A stretch of DNA of 64,000 nucleotides, from the NCBI GenBank assembly GCA_043228905.1, contig JBHGNT010000012.1:10540001-10604000 (forward strand). Direction: 5' to 3'. Each line of letters begins with the position of its first letter. The stretch's first letter is position 1. The notes under the pieces were generated by a model. The model was not told the DNA's origin. It was given only the letters and a program-made list of their open reading frames with translations, and did not search any database. Both the position numbers and the translations under genes were made by a program. Of the stretch, positions 1-14,510 are shown one piece after another. This stretch comes from Azolla caroliniana. Its lineage: Eukaryota > Plantae > Polypodiophyta.

Positions 1-142
1 CAGGGAAAGTGAGTGCTGGAAGAAGCGCGCCGATTCGGAGAGAACCGGTTCCGAAAACGGCTCCGGACATACCGACAAGGGAAATCGGCAGCGATCACCC
101 TACGCCGAAGACTCCGGGAGAGCCAGAGAAGCGTCTGCCTTC

Positions 143-3100
143 GTGACCAGACACGAAGCAAAGTCAATGAAACGGATCTCCCCGAGATCGGACGAGGTGT
201 GGTACGTAGACTCCGGCGCGTCAAACCACATGCCGAGCCATAAGGAGTGGTTCTCGTACCTTGAAAATCCGATACAACCTGGAGTAGTCGCAATTGGAGA
301 CGACACTCCGCATCTGATCGCGAATGTCGGAGAAGTTGCCCTTAGCCATGTCGGGCAGAAAGGGAAACTCATCAACACGTTGCACGTTCCGACAATCACG
401 AAGAACTTGGTCTCGGTCGGACAGATCGTTGACCAAGGGATGGAGGTTCGGTTTACACACCTCGGGTGCTTCATTGAGGAAGAAGGCCGTGTGATTGCGC
501 AAGGGCGCAGAGACAGGAGGATGTTCATCCTCGACTCCACTGACGGTGGCACCGCAATGTTCGCGAAGGGAAGAAAATCCGAGTCGGACATCGACTTGTG
601 GCACAAGCGGATAGGCCACGTCAACTACCAGCGGTTTCAAGATCTGCAATCGAAACAGGTAGTGTTCGGATTGCCCAAATTTAGTGGCCGAAAGGCACAA
701 ATTTGTGAAGCCTACCAGCTCGGGAAGCAACACTGACTTCCTTTCCCCAACGAGCAAAACCGGAGCCGGAATAAGCTCGACCTTATACACTCCGATGTAT
801 GGGGGCCGGCACAAAACGTTAGTCTTAGCGGGAGCCGATATTTCGTCTCCTTCATTGACGACCACACGCGGCACACGTGGATCTACCTCATTGAGAGGAA
901 GAGTGAAGTCTTCGACTGTTTCCGGGACCTCAAAGGGTTCATGGAAACGGAAACGGGACGGAAGATCAAGTGCCTGCGGTCGGATGGCTGGAAAGAGTAC
1001 TTTTCTGGTCAATTCAACGGTTATCTACAACAAATGGGAATTCGGCGCGAATTCAGTTGTAGATACACGCCAGAGCAGAACGGCGTGGCCGAGAGGAAGA
1101 ATCGGTCAGTTGTGGAAGCGGCACGGGCAATGTTGGAGGAGAAGAGCTTGCCCAAGTTCTACTGGGCCGAGGCGGTAAGGACCGCGGTATACATCCAGAA
1201 CCGGATCGGAGACAAAGTGTCGGCGCACGAGCTGTATTTCGGAACGAAGCCGAACTTGCGACACTTGAGGGTGTTCGGTAGCATTGCGTATGTGCATGTA
1301 CCGAAGGAGAAAAGGAGGAAGCTGGACGCAAAGGCCGAGAAGTGCATCTTGGTCGGTTACTCGGACGAGCAGAAGGGTTATAAGTGATATAACCCTCGCA
1401 CCAAACAAGCGCGTGTTAGCCGCAACGTTGTGTTTGACGAGTTTGCGTCCTGGTACCAGCCCCCGACTCCGAACCCCGACTCCAATCCGAGCTCTGACGA
1501 TGAGGTCAGCGAGGCCGAGATCCTCTAGATGAGCCTGAAATTGAGACCCGCGAAGAGAGTCCGATTTCACTCTGTTTAAGTAGACCGATTGGACGATTGA
1601 GTCAGTACGACCAGTCCGATGAAGAGCCAGCGAGTAGTGAAGACTCGGCCGTGCATTCCCCGCGCAGGAAGCCGAGGAGCCGGCTTACGCGCAAAGAGAA
1701 AGGGAAGAAGAAGGTGTCGGATTCTGGCACGGATAGGAACGAGTCAGACCGACCCGAGTCCGACTCCGAGGGAACCGGTGACGGGTCTTTAAAGGTGAAG
1801 AACGCGCCGACCGAGAAGGCCTCGACATCGGCTGGTACATGGCACATCATTATGCGTACATGACCCGTGTAGCGGAAGTGCGTGAGCCGGAGAGCTACGT
1901 AGAAGCGGCTAAAGACACGAATTGGCGTGCCGCGATGGAGGAAGAGATGCACGCATTGGCGGAGAACGAGACCTGGGACCTGGTTGACGCACCAAGAGGA
2001 GTAAAACCAATCGGGTGTAGGTGGGTGTACAAGGTCAAGTACAACACCGATGGCTCGGTCAACTGGTACAAGGCTCGGCTAGTGGCAAAGGGCTATGCAC
2101 AGAAACACGGCATCGACTACGATGAGACATTTGCGCCGGTCGTGAAAATGACGATCGTCCGTGTTTTGCTCGCAGTAGCTGCGGTGAAAGGGTGGCACTT
2201 ACATCAGATGGATGTAAAGAATGCGTTCCTGCAAGCTGACCTTGAGGAACAGGTGTACATGGTACATCCCCCCGGATTTCACTCTGGAACGAACTCCTCG
2301 GCAGTATGCCGACTGAAGAAGTCCCTTTACGGACTGAAGCAAGCCCCGTGTGTCTGGAACGCGAAGATCACGCAACAACTGCGTCAGATGGGCTTCGTCA
2401 CGTCAAAATCAGACTCTTCCCTGTTCATCCCGAAAGGTCGACTCGGACCGGTCAGTATTTTACTATATGTTGATGACTTGGTCATCACCGGCGCCGACCT
2501 ACGTGAAATCAACCACGTGAAGCTCCTCCAGCTTGCGGCATCATTCGACATGAAGGATCTAGGGGACCTTCATTACTTCCTCGGGATCGAAGTGATCCAT
2601 ACCCCCGAAGGCATATTGATCAACCAACGTCACTACGTGCTGAGTATGCTCTTCAAATTCGGGATGGCCGACTGTAAGTCAATCTCAACTCCTCTGGACA
2701 GAACCGTCAAGCTTCGTCCCGATACGGGAACGGTATGCGACCCGACGAGGTTCCGACAAATTATCGGAAGCCTCATATACTTGACCATCACCCGACCCGA
2801 CCTCAGTTATTCGGTCGGAGTGATCAGTCAGTTCATGGCGCGACCTACCGAGGAACACCTTCAGTGTGCGCAACGCATACTTTGGTATGTCAATGGCACT
2901 AAGGACCGGGGACTTCTATATCGAACCGGCGCAGCCGCGCGGTTAGTCGGCTACACCGATGCTGACTAGGTTGGCAACGCCGCTGATCCCCGATCCACGT
3001 CCGGATACGCGTTCTCCCTCGCGAGTGCCGCGATCGCGTGGAGAAGTAAGAAGCAGCTGACAGTTGCACTGTCGAGCACCGAAGCTGAGTACCGAGGAGC

Positions 3101-3851
3101 GGCTGTCGCGACATGCGAAGCCATATGGTTGAAGCGGCTACTTAAGGACCTCCAAGAGGAGGTGTCAGATCCGACGACGATCTATTGTGACAACCTCAGC
3201 AACATCCAGCTCGTGAAAAACCCCGTTTTCCACGCACGGACCAAGCACATTGAGGTGCACTACCATTTCGTCCGTGAGCGTGTCCTTTCCGGTGAAGTCA
3301 AACTTCAGTACGTTCCGACGGATCGGCAGACTGCCGACATCTTCACTAAGCCCCTTGGTCTGGACAAGTTGCGGCAATTCTCCGGTGCGCTCGGATTGCG
3401 TCACCTCGACGTGCCAAACTTGAAGGGGAGAACAGTCCAAGCAAAGCAGCAGGAAAGGAGCGGAGGCCGCGACACCGAGTCGGTTGACTCGGCTGTTGAA
3501 TCGGTTGTCGAGTTCGATTTCGGATCGGCTGAAGAAGCCGAAGGCGGACCCGCGGAAAAGTCCGAAAGCGAACAGAAGGGGAGCAGCCGAAGGAGAGAGC
3601 CGAAGCCAACCACGCATGGGGAAGATGACGCCACCAAGGGCGAGAAGACCGAAGACGAGTTGGAGACAAACAACTCGGACAGGAGCGAAAACCGATTGGA
3701 GGTAGCCGAGTCGGTTCGGATGTTTGATTTAGATATGCTGAATCAACCGAGGCCCAAGCGGAAGAAAAGCCAGCAGGAGAAGCATCAACACCGCAACAAA
3801 AGTAGAGCTGATAAGGGCCGCATGAGCAGACATGCCGATCGGAAGGGTTGA
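143..3851 (+). pseudogene. Disrupted copia pol (PR-INT-RT-RNaseH) with a charged C-terminal extension
   Basis: ORFs 143-736, 941-1387, 1839-2969 and 3129-3851 carry consecutive copia motifs separated by stops and frame changes. Confidence 0.9.
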
Positions 3852-3962
3852 AGCGCGCGGAGTCGAACAGGTCGAGGAGCACGAGCGAGGCGTGAAGCTA
3901 GGAGGAACCGGAGCTGTGAGCCCGAGGATCCCGAAGAGCCTCGAGTTGAGCTTGAGGGGGAG

Positions 3963-4365
3963 TGTTGAGAGACAAGCTCAACATCGGCCGGATTGGCTGA
4001 AGAAGCCGACGACCGGATCGGTTGGGACCGATCGATTAGGCCGAGTGCGTAAATCGGGAGGCCGTTAGGAAAGATATTCCGTGAGGAATATATTTGGGAG
4101 TTAGTGTAGGAGCTCTTAAAGAGCATTGAAGTACGGTCAGTACTTCGGTCAGTCCTTCGAGGACTTGTATAAAAGTGTTCATGGAACACACATATGCATA
4201 GTGTAGTGAATTGAGATCTTTTGTTGAATATAGTTCTTGTATTTTCTCTCTCTCACTCTCTCTGTCTCTCCCGCGTATACTGCGTAAGCTCAAGCTCTCC
4301 ATTAAACCTGAGTTTTCTTCCTTCTGTTCGGTCTTCATACTTGCTTCCGCACGTTACTTTTTACA
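3963..4365 (+). repeat. 3' LTR of copia A1
   Basis: Starts TGTTG after the PPT, has TATAAAA near 4168 and ends TTACA. Homologous to 9851-9922 plus 14763-15043 and to 46689-47017 (minus). Confidence 0.88.
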
Positions 4366-4499
4366 ATTGTATATATTAAGTTTGCCCTAGGTCATATTTA
4401 TACTAATATGACTTTCGGGCTATTTACAAATATAGCCCCAGTGGGCTCTCTGGAACATATTTACATATATGTCCCTTCCATCCGATCAGAGATTCTCAC

Positions 4500-4720
4500 C
4501 GGGCCTGCAACATCCGGTTCTTACCCAGTCTTCCTTGCCGGGTACTCCACATCCGGTTCTCACTGGGTCTTCTGTTGCCGGGTACTCCAAATCTGGTTCT
4601 CACCAAGTCTTCCATTGCCGGGTACTCCACATCCGGTTCTCACCGGGTCTTCCATTGCCGGGTATTCCACATCCGGTTCTCACCGGGTCTTCTGTTGCCG
4701 GGTATGCCACATCCGGTTCT
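4500..4720 (-). repeat. About 39-bp tandem repeats in the U3 of the B LTR (also 9330-9500)
   Basis: Unit approximately CCGGGTACTCCACATCCGGTTCTCACCGGGTCTTCCATTG, repeated about 5-6 times in each LTR. Confidence 0.88.
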
Positions 4721-4766
4721 CCTCACTTCCCATTCGGAGGGACCTGTTTCTTAACAAACTCCCCCT

Positions 4767-7700
4767 TCACTCCGGCATGGGATGTCTTACTAGTCCGATC
4801 CGCTTCCGACATGCATCCAGCTTGTCGGGTATCAGTACTTTAGTCAGCATATCTGATCCGTTCTCAGCCGTGTGGATCTTCGTCAGCGTGAACTCTCGAT
4901 CTTCTACTCGCTCCCGGATCCAGTGATACCTACGCTGGATGTGCTTCGTCCTGGAATGGTATGCTGCGTTCTTAGTAAGGTGGATGACACTTTGACTATC
5001 GCAATAGAGTCGGTATTCATCTTGCCGGATACTAAGCTCTCCGATGAAGTCCTTCATCTATAGTATTTCCTTGTCGGCTTCCACAGCCGCCATGTACTCC
5101 GCCTCCGTGGTTGACAACGCAACCGTCTTCTGCAGCCTCGACTGCCACGAAACAGCTCCCCCTGCATATGTCATTACATACCCGGATGTAGACCGACTGG
5201 TATCCACATCAGCCGACATGTCGGAATCGGTAAAACCGTGAAGTTGAGGTTTACCAAAGCCGAATCAGAGACACATATTCGAAGTGCCCTTCAAGTACCG
5301 AAGTATCCATTTGACCGCGTTCCAGTGCTCCTTGCCGGGATTGCTCATGAACCGGCTCACCACTCCGACCGCGTATCCAATATCCGGTTGAGTACACACC
5401 ATTTCGTACATTAAGCTCTCGACAGCAGAGGCATATGGAACCTTCATCATATCCGCCTTCTCTGCTTTCGTCTTCGGGCTTTGCTTACCGGATAACCTGC
5501 AGTTTGCCGGAAGTGTCGATCCAACCGGTTTCGCATCTGACATGTTGAACCGCTGAAGCACCTTTGTCACGTACTTCTCCTGTGACAGCCACAATTGCTT
5601 CGTTGACCGGTCACGGATAATATGCATCCCCAACATCTGTCTTGCCGGACCCAAGTCTTTCATTGAGAAGGTCCGGTTGAGAGCCTTCTTCAACATCCGT
5701 ATTTTGTCTTGGTCCCGTCTGACGATCAACATGTCGTCTACGTACAGAAGGAGTATCAGGAAGTCGCCTCCTTCGAACTTCTTCACAAACACGCAGTGAT
5801 CGGCCTGCATCTTGTGGTACCCTTGATCTGTCATGAAGGAGTCCAACTTCCGGTACCATTGCCGGGGAGCCTGCTTCAACCCATAGAAGCTCTTTTTTAA
5901 CCAGCAAACTAGGTGCTCCTTCCTTTTCTCCACGAATCCTTCCGGTTGCTGCATGTAGATCTCCTCTTTGAGGTCACCGTGAAGGAATGTCGTCTTCACA
6001 TCAAGTTGCTCTACCTCGAGGTCCATGTTTGCCGCTATACTCAGCACCGTCCGGATGGAGTTCATCTTTACTACCGGGGCAAATATCTCGTCGAAGTCCA
6101 CACCCTTCTTCTGCTGGAACCCCTTCACCTCAATCCTGGCTTTGTATCTCGAGGGGTTGCCGGCATCTCCCGGTTTCAACTTGTACACCCACTTGTTTCG
6201 AAGTGCCCGCTTTCCTTTCGGCAACTCCACCAATTTGTACGTATGGTTCTCATGCATGGAATCCATCTCATCCTGCATGGCACTTAACCATTTGCGGCTA
6301 TGGGCGTCATTTTTAGCTTCCTCGAAGCTTTCTGGCTCCCCCCCATCGGTCAGCAGCACATGCTCTGCATCCGGAAATCTCCGGGGGTCCCTTCTCTCTC
6401 TGAGAGGATATCTCCGTCTTTGGCCTTCCGCAACCGGCTCCACTATTTGCTCCTCATCAAAATCCGATTCGGGGTCTTGTCCGGTTTCAGTTTCACCTAT
6501 TCCTTCTTCTTCGGCTTGTCTTGTCTCCTTATCGTCACCGGCCGGTTCATTGAGTGCTAACTAGTCTCTTGCCAGTTGGGTCTGAGCATCGTAGAATCGA
6601 TCCTTACCGGTCGACTCGGAGTTCATTATCTTCTTCTCCGACTCCCAGTTGGCGAGCATCTTGTCCTCCATGAAGATAATATCTCGACTCCGGAATACCT
6701 TCTTGTCGACCAGGTCCCACACTTGGTAACTGAACTCATCATCGCCGTATCCGAGGAATATGCATGGCCGGGTCTTTGCATCTAGTTTTCCTCTCCGGTC
6801 CTTAGCTATATGCACATACGCAAGACACCCAAATACCTTCAGATGCCGGTAGGACACTTCCTTACCGGTCCAGACTCTCTGTGGTGTGTCTCCATCCAAA
6901 GGTACTGAGGGTGATCTGTTTATCACATACGTCGTTGTCGACAACGCCTTAGCCCAAAACGTCTTGGGTAATTTTGCATGAGCCAGCATACTCCGGACCC
7001 TCTCCATTATGGTCCGGTTCATCTTCTCGGCCAGCCCGTTTAGTTCCGGCGTCTTCGGCATGGTAAATTCGAGCCAGATTCCCTTCGAGCGACAATACTC
7101 CTCGAACTACCCCCAGTATTCACCTCCATTATCTGCTCGAACTGCTTTCAGCTTCCGGCCGGTTTCTCTTTCCACTCTCGCGTGGAGCTCTTTGAAGACG
7201 GATAGCACCCGATCCTTCGTCTTCAACGGTGTGGCCCATAGCTTCCGGCTGTGGTCATCTATGAACGTCACGAAGTATTGCGATCCGGCATGTAACTTCG
7301 TGTCCACTTGACACACATTAGTATGCACCAACTCCAGTGGTGCATTACGTCTCATCGGTGGCCTTGGTCAGAAGGAGGTCCGGTTTTGCTTACCAGCCAG
7401 ACAATCAGTGCACTTCTCCAAGTGCATGTTCTTCACTAGAATGAGGTTGTTGTCTGCAAGCCTCTTCATCCCCTTCTCGCTCATGTGACACAGCCTCTTG
7501 TGCCACAGCTCACCGGCAGTGTCGGATGCCACGTTCAGTTCTTTCGGGCATAACCGGGCATTCATCAGGTACAACGTGTTGACCTTCTGGGCCCGAGCCA
7601 CTATCAGGCTCCCTTTGCTGAACTTCATAACACCGTTCCGGATGCTACCCATGTAGCCTTCATCACCTAGCCGACCGGCTGATATCAGGTTCAGTCGAAC

Positions 7701-8811
7701 CTCTGGAACGTGTTGGACATCCTTCAGCAGCAGCTTGCATCCGGTTGGTGTTGTCAACCACACGTCTCCTATGCCGACAATTCGGCATGTACCTTCATTC
7801 CCCATCCGGACACAACCGTGATCACTGACTGTGTAGGATGAGAAGTATATACGGTCCGGGGTAAGGTGGAACGACGCTCTGGAATCAAGAACCCACGTTG
7901 TCTCGTCGCCGACCAGGTTCAACTCACTCTCCTCGGTGATAAGCATCAACTCTTCTTCACTTGCCGCGATTTCCGTTGTTCCCTTCCGGTCCGGCCCCCT
8001 TCGGTCTTTACTGGTCCGGTCCAGTGTCCGCTTCGAATCGGTACCATCGGTTTCCTTGTCTTTTCGGAAGTGCCGACAGTTCTTCTGGAAGTGTCCCGAT
8101 TTGCCGCAATAGAAGCAAGTAGGCCTCCCCCTTGACTTCGACCGTGTCCCCGACTTCTCCCGGTTCTGGGGGACTACGGTTCCTTTGTCTTCCGCGTTCC
8201 GATTTGGTAAGGAACGCTTTGGAATCGGAGCTTGTATCCTTATCTTTCCGACGCGCCTCCTCATCTAGCAAGCTCGACTTCACTCTTGCTAGGGATAACT
8301 GTTTCCCTTTCGGCCCGGCGTTGCCCAAAGTGACAACCAACGTCTCCCAACTATCTGGGAGGGAACCGAGCAGGAGTAGTGCTAGTACCTCATCGGCGAG
8401 AGGTACTTCTAATGATGTTGCCAGGTGGATCAGCCCCTGGAAGGTATTCATGTGCTCTGCCATGTTGGAGCCATCTTGGTACCGGAGTCTTACTAGCTTC
8501 CGAAATACCGAAACCTGATTAACAACATTTTTGTTCTGAAACATAATGCCGATCTTCTCCCAAAGCTCATGAGCCTTGCTCTCTTCATTGAAGTTGTTGT
8601 ATAGACTCAAGTCAATGAAGCGCCGTATGTACGCCGTTGTCTTCATGTGCATCACCTCCCATATCGTGGCATCGATTTTGTCCGGTCTCTTGTCCCCGAA
8701 CTGAACCGGCAACCAAAGATCTTTAACAACGAGCATGTCCCTCATCTTCGACTTCCACACGGAATAGTTGGAGACGGTGAGCTTGAACATGCCTCCCAAC
8801 GAATCGTCCAT
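4767..8811 (-). pseudogene. Disrupted copia gag-pol of element B
   Basis: Gag (8008-8811), CCHC knuckle CFYCGKSGHFQKNC, PR, INT, RT LLLYVDD and RNase H split over several ORFs. Confidence 0.92.
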
Positions 8812-10089
8812 TTTTCTGTGTCATTTCGCTTTGATACCACTTTGTCGAGGAATACGCGGAATAATCTCCGGCAACAACCGAAGGGTAAATCACTTTATAC
8901 AGTCAAACACAGAAGAAATGGGAATGGAGGTAAGTGCACGAACAATCAAGAGAGAATACACAGGATATTAACGTGGAAAACCCTGAGAGGGAAAAACCAC
9001 GGGAGTCCACAAACTCCAAACTATCACTATGTAAAGTAATACAATAGGGATCACAGAGGCAACGACCTCTTGCTCACAATCTTCGCCTCATGGCTGTTAC
9101 AACAGAGACACAATCTCTGTATGTCGCTCTCTCTCTCTCTCTCTCTCATACGCACTGTACAGGAGTTACATGAATAACTCTATCATCATCGTATATATTA
9201 AGTTTGCCCTAAGTCATATTTATACTAATATGACTTTCGGGCTATTTACAAATATAGCCCCAGTGGGCTCTCTGGAACATATTTACATATACGTCCCTTC
9301 CATCCGATGAGAGGTTCTCACCGGGGGCCTGCAACATTCGGTTCTCATCGGGTCTTCCTTGCCAGGTACTCCACATCTGGTTCTCACTGGGTCTTCCGTT
9401 GCCAGGTACTCCACATCCGGTTCTCACCATGTCTTCCATTGCCGGGTATTCCACATCCGGTTCTCACCGGGTCTTCCGTTGCCAGGTATGCCACATCCGA
9501 TTCTCCTCACTTCCCATCCGGAGGGACCTGTTTCCTAACAGAGCTCCATATGTCTATAAAAGACACAAAAGAGCTCATGGCCGAGAGAAGTTCTACTTGA
9601 CCTCAGGGTTGCAAATTAGAAAGCGTGTAAGACCAACAACGACAAGTGGAAATGAAGTAATTGTATGTTGCAAGACAAGAGAGCTTGTATGACCAACTAC
9701 CACAATAGGCAACTTGAGGATTTGCCCCAAACCTCTACTTGTGGATCATATACTCTTTTTCTATCTTATCTACCTACCATGTTAACCACTCCAAATACCG
9801 ATCGAGTTTCATCTTCTTTACATCTTAATTGAGTTTATGAACTTTTGACGTGTTGAAGAGCAAGCTCAACCTAATCTGGATCGGGTGAATAAGCCAAGAG
9901 CCTACCATTCTAGCCTGGTACGTAGGGATCGACAACGGTTCGGTTTAGGGCTAAGCGTAAACCGTTTTGGGGATCTCAAACCTGATCCGAACCGAACCGA
10001 ACTGGTTCACAAACCGGTTTAGGCTAAACCGGTTTGTGAACCAGTTTGGTAAACGTCTTAGAAACCAGTTTCCAAACCGGCTTGGAAAC

Positions 10090-10392
10090 TTCCCTCCCTC
10101 TCTCTCTCAGATGATCCACTATATAGTATACATTGTACAAGCTCTCCCTCCCACTCTCTCCCTCACGTCTATGTGGTCTCGACTCTCCCTCCCTCCCTCT
10201 CTCCCCCCTTATTTGTTGTCTCCCTCCCTCTCTCTCTCTCTCTCTCTCCTCCCTTATCTGTTGTCTCCCTCCCTCTCTCTCTCCCCCCTTATCTGTTGTC
10301 TCCCTCCCTCTCTCTCTCTCTCTTCTCGTCTGTGTAGTTCTCCCTCACTCACTCACTCTCTCTCTCCTCGTCTGTGTAGTTCTCCCTCACTC

Positions 10393-10447
<55 letters not shown>
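10090..10447. repeat. CT-rich minisatellite and (CT)n tract inside the hAT element (resumes 14510-14600)
   Basis: Units like CCCCTTATCTGTTGTCTCCCTCCCTCTCTC and a pure (CT)n run at about 10397-10447. Confidence 0.9.
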
Positions 10448-10451
<4 letters not shown>

Positions 10452-13400
10452 AAATCAATGTTTGTTATTAAAACAAAATTATAATACACCCCTTGCTATC
10501 TTCACTACTTCATAAATAGTGATAGTGCAAAGGAAACTGTCTCAAGTGTTGTAAAACTAGATGACATAAGTCTATCTCCTCTTGGGACAAGATCCCCATA
10601 CAACATAGTTGTGAAAATTGCCAAATCAATTTCCCTTTCATCCTACGGATTTGTTGTGCTATCCCATGAAGTCCATCAAACAAGAACTCATTTCTCATGG
10701 TCCAACTAAACCATATCCCCCAATATCTAAGGTAATAAAAAACCACCTTATATGATGGTGTGGGCATAACTTTATCCTCATCCATAAAAACCCATTTATA
10801 AGGTGACAAAATATTTCCTGTTATCGATGCCCAAATTTGTGACATAATCACCCAAATGGCCTTAGCTACCGAACATGTAATAAACCTATGTCTAGCATCT
10901 TCTTCCGCCACTGTATAGAAAAAACATGTCCCATTTGAAATATGTCTTCATTTTATGGCCATCGCCAAAGGCAACCCACCAACTATGGCACGCCAAAGAA
11001 ACACCTTTGCACGGAATGGAAGATGAGACTGCCACCCAGCATCTAAAACTCTACGCCACCACTTTACATTTCTAGTAATGCTCCATGTATCCAACACCTT
11101 ATTTTCTAACCAAGCTCTATATTCGACCAACTTATGGTACACATCATTAGTGTTCACCAGAAAAATCATTTTCCCATTACCAAATGACCAATCTTTCCAT
11201 GGTTCCTCGACCACCAACTCTGGAATTGGGAAAACTAATGTAGGCATTGCCAATATTGATTGCCAAATATACCCATATCCATGTGGTATATGAAACTTAT
11301 TTCTGATTGTCTGAAAGGCCATCATTTTCCTACGTGACTCTAAAACACCATCTTCTACAGTTATCAAACCTAGCCTTGCCATTTGATTGAATCGTGAATT
11401 TAGACTTTCTTTTCCCTCCCAGTGTAATATCCTTTAAGTTGCCAACACCTTTGCTGCCAATGAATTTATATCTTTTCTGCACTCAGGAGGCCTCCAATTA
11501 AACAACTTCAAACACCGATGCCACGAAAGCACCAATTGTTGAACCATACTAGATTCTGAACATTTAAATTACCGAGTACTATTAACAATATGCCACCAAA
11601 AGCTGTAATTCTCGTTTTCCCATGGTAAATACCAACCTTTTCCACAAAATAAGTAATTATTTCTTCCCAAGGTTGGGTACCTATGCACATACCTTTCAAA
11701 AGATTGAATCTTCGAGCCACCATATGATCTTCTAAATTGAGTAAAGTAACACCCCCTAACCGTTTTGGGGTACAAATATTGGTCCATGATACCCAACTCA
11801 TACCAAGGTTTGTGTCTTTCTTCCATAGTGTATATTTAAGTGAACGAGCTAAATGATCAAGTGATTTCTTTGACCACGGTAACAATGGCAAAAAATAAGA
11901 AATCATTGGAATCATTATAGCTTGTACCACTTTGAGACGAGTACTAAACAACCATGCTTGAGACTTCCAATACATAAATTTGTCCAAAATGGTTCCCGAT
12001 ATCCAATTCAAACTTTGTGATGATGAGATATCAACACCAATAGGGTAACCGAAGTGTTGACACACATTCCCTGGATCTAATATTTGGCCACCCCATCCAA
12101 GATCCACCAAATCACTCCCAGTGCATCTAATGAGCATCGATTTCTGCATATTTATATGTAATCCTGATGCCAATGCGAACACATTCCACACCTCCATGGC
12201 TTTAGTTATGTTATCAGGTGTTGCTTTGAGAAATAAAAATGAATCATCAGCCAATGCTTGAGCGATCAAATGTTTCCTTGATGGTAGAGGTAATCCAACT
12301 ACTTCCCCACGTGTTGCCAACTCATGCATCCTCACCAAAATCGGGTGTGTAGCAATTGCAAATAATAGTGGACTCAATGGACATCCTGGTCTAAGTGATC
12401 TTTTCAATACTATTGCCTTAGTAACTCCACCATTCAACATAACATGTGAGACTACACCTAATCCCACCAACAACGATATTCGAGACATCCTTTCCCCAAA
12501 ACCCATATGAGACATAAGTTGAGTAATAAAAGACCAACATGCATGATCATATGCCTTCTCGATGTCGAGGTGTATCATTACAATTTGTTGTTTGGATTCC
12601 TTTGCATAATCCACTGCCATTTGCACATTCAAAATATTATGCAAGATGTCCCTTCCCTCAATAAACCCATATTGCATTGGATGGACCATAAACGACAACA
12701 CCTTTTGAAGTCTATTTGCAATTATTTTGCCAAAAAACTTATACATCCCACCCATTAATGATATCGGTCTCCATTGAGCAAATGACGTAGGAGATGCAAC
12801 TTTTGGTATAAGTTTAACCAGACCAACTTTCCATGAATCAGGCATTTTACCAGAACTCCATATTTCTTGGAATATCATTGTTAGAGGGGCTTTGAGTTCA
12901 TGTAAAAAGGCTTTAAAGAACTCATTCATAATGTCATCCCAACCCAGGCTTTTATCAATTGCAAGATGTGATAATACATATTTCCACCTCCTCCTCCTTT
13001 ATATCCTCCTCCAATGCAATCATGTCATGTTGCCCACCACTCACCTTGACTGAGTTAAATAACATCGATTGCGCTTGTGTTATGTCATCATTCATAATAC
13101 GATCTTGCCCAAAAAGATTCATGAAATGTTTAACACAATTATCAATAATCACTTGTGGGTTTGTATTCAAAGTTCCATCAATCTCTACATTTACCACATT
13201 CATTTTAGCATGAGATGCCTGCAACCCATGGTAAAACTTATGTGAATTACAGTTGTGATCATGTACTTCATTTTCCATAGCCATCACCCATGATTGTTGA
13301 TCATTGCGAACCTCTAATACTTGTAAGGCTTGTGACAACGTCTCTTGAATATCCAACAACACATCATCCAATGGAATCTTTACCAACAATGCATTACATC

Positions 13401-14510
13401 TATCGAGAAAATGTTGTAACCAACTCATCTTTTGTTTACGGATAGATGCTTGATAAATTCCATAATATCATGTAAACCGTTGAATATTGGAAAGACAAAT
13501 ATCCCATGACGAAACACTGGATATTGACTTGTCTTGTAAACTCCCCCACCAATTGTCCCATAGCATGCTTAAATTTATCATGTCCAAGAAAGGATGAATT
13601 AAATCTCAATGGTAGTCTCCCCAATAAAGCTCTAAAACCATCCACAGTTTGATGTGTGCATTCCAAAACAACTGGGAAATGATCTAATGATCCAATCCCC
13701 CTATACACTTGCATAATCAAAAACTCTAGCAAGAATGTATCATCATGCATAATATAAATCCGATCCAGTCTACTCCAAGTTGATCTGTATTGTGCCGATT
13801 GAAAGGTATAACCAACATCATTTCCATTGATCCAAGTCCATGCATCATACCTTACGACATCCATCATAAACAAATCCCATACCTCTCATTCGGGAGCATC
13901 CATCAAGCCATGCATTGAAGTAGATTGGCCCACCTCAGAACACATATTAAAATCCCCTAACAAAAAACCGGATCTCCCATGAAGTAAAACTTGATTTAAG
14001 CATCTCCAAAGTTCCATACAATGTCTTGCAACATTCGATCCATAAATACCAACCACCCAAATATGTTTTCCTTCATAATTAACTTCAACCACCCAAAACC
14101 GACCATGTACATCTCTTTGAACCACTACCGGTTTCAAGCTATCCCTTATAATAAGCATCACACCTGAATAAGGGACCCCATTGGCACCAACATAAAACAC
14201 ATGATATTTCTTGTGATGAAAAGAAGACCCAAATTTAGCATGCTCCTTATGTTCTACTACACATAATATATCCCATTCACTATTAAAAATAGTTTTCCAC
14301 ATACCATATTTCTTGGACGGAGAACAAATTCCCCTTACATTCCATGTGACTACCTTCATCACTCACTATTTATATTACTTCTTGGCTTGTTCTTGTTCCC
14401 ATTTTGCTAATATCTTTGGTATATCACCGAATTAATCACTTAAGACTGCAAATGCATTTTGCACAGATGGTCGAGGATTATTGGTGGATCCCATTATACC
14501 CCATGAGTTA
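10448..14510 (-). mobile_element. L1/Tx1-like LINE, 5'-truncated, ORF2 pseudogene (EN-RT-zf-RVT)
   Basis: EN motifs VVTWNVRG, LLGDFN, SRLDRIY, DHFPV; RT motifs WRPISL, LDIEKAYD, LRPGCPLSPLLF, ADD; C-terminal KVFLWR and EEDARHRFITC. Confidence 0.92.

Larger units (their letters stand above)
1..4365 (+). mobile_element. Ty1/copia LTR retrotransposon, family A copy A1 (5' part outside window), inserted into the 3' LTR of element B
   Basis: Domain order PR (WYVDSGAS), GAG-pre-integrase/INT (LWHKRIGH, YTPEQNGVAERKNR), RT (YVDD), RNase H. PPT GAGGGGGAG at 3954-3962, then TG...CA LTR 3963-4365. ATTGT follows and runs directly into B-LTR sequence. Confidence 0.93.
4366..9540 (-). mobile_element. Ty1/copia element B (Tnt1/Tork-like), 3' LTR interrupted by A1
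   Basis: 5' LTR 8843-9540; PBS TGGTATCAAAGC (tRNA-iMet type) at 8828-8839; gag-pol 8811 down to 4767; PPT adjacent to 4757; 3' LTR remnant 4366-4756 matches about 9188-9540. Confidence 0.94.

Noticed and set aside
100-1570. Long antisense ORFs over copia pol (and similar ones over B, C1, C2 and the gypsy)
   Set aside because: Shadow frames of GC-rich coding sequence, with no recognisable domains or conserved boundaries.
9546-9850. Possible LRR fragment (TTIGNLR)
   Set aside because: A single short motif without repeat periodicity; left unassigned.
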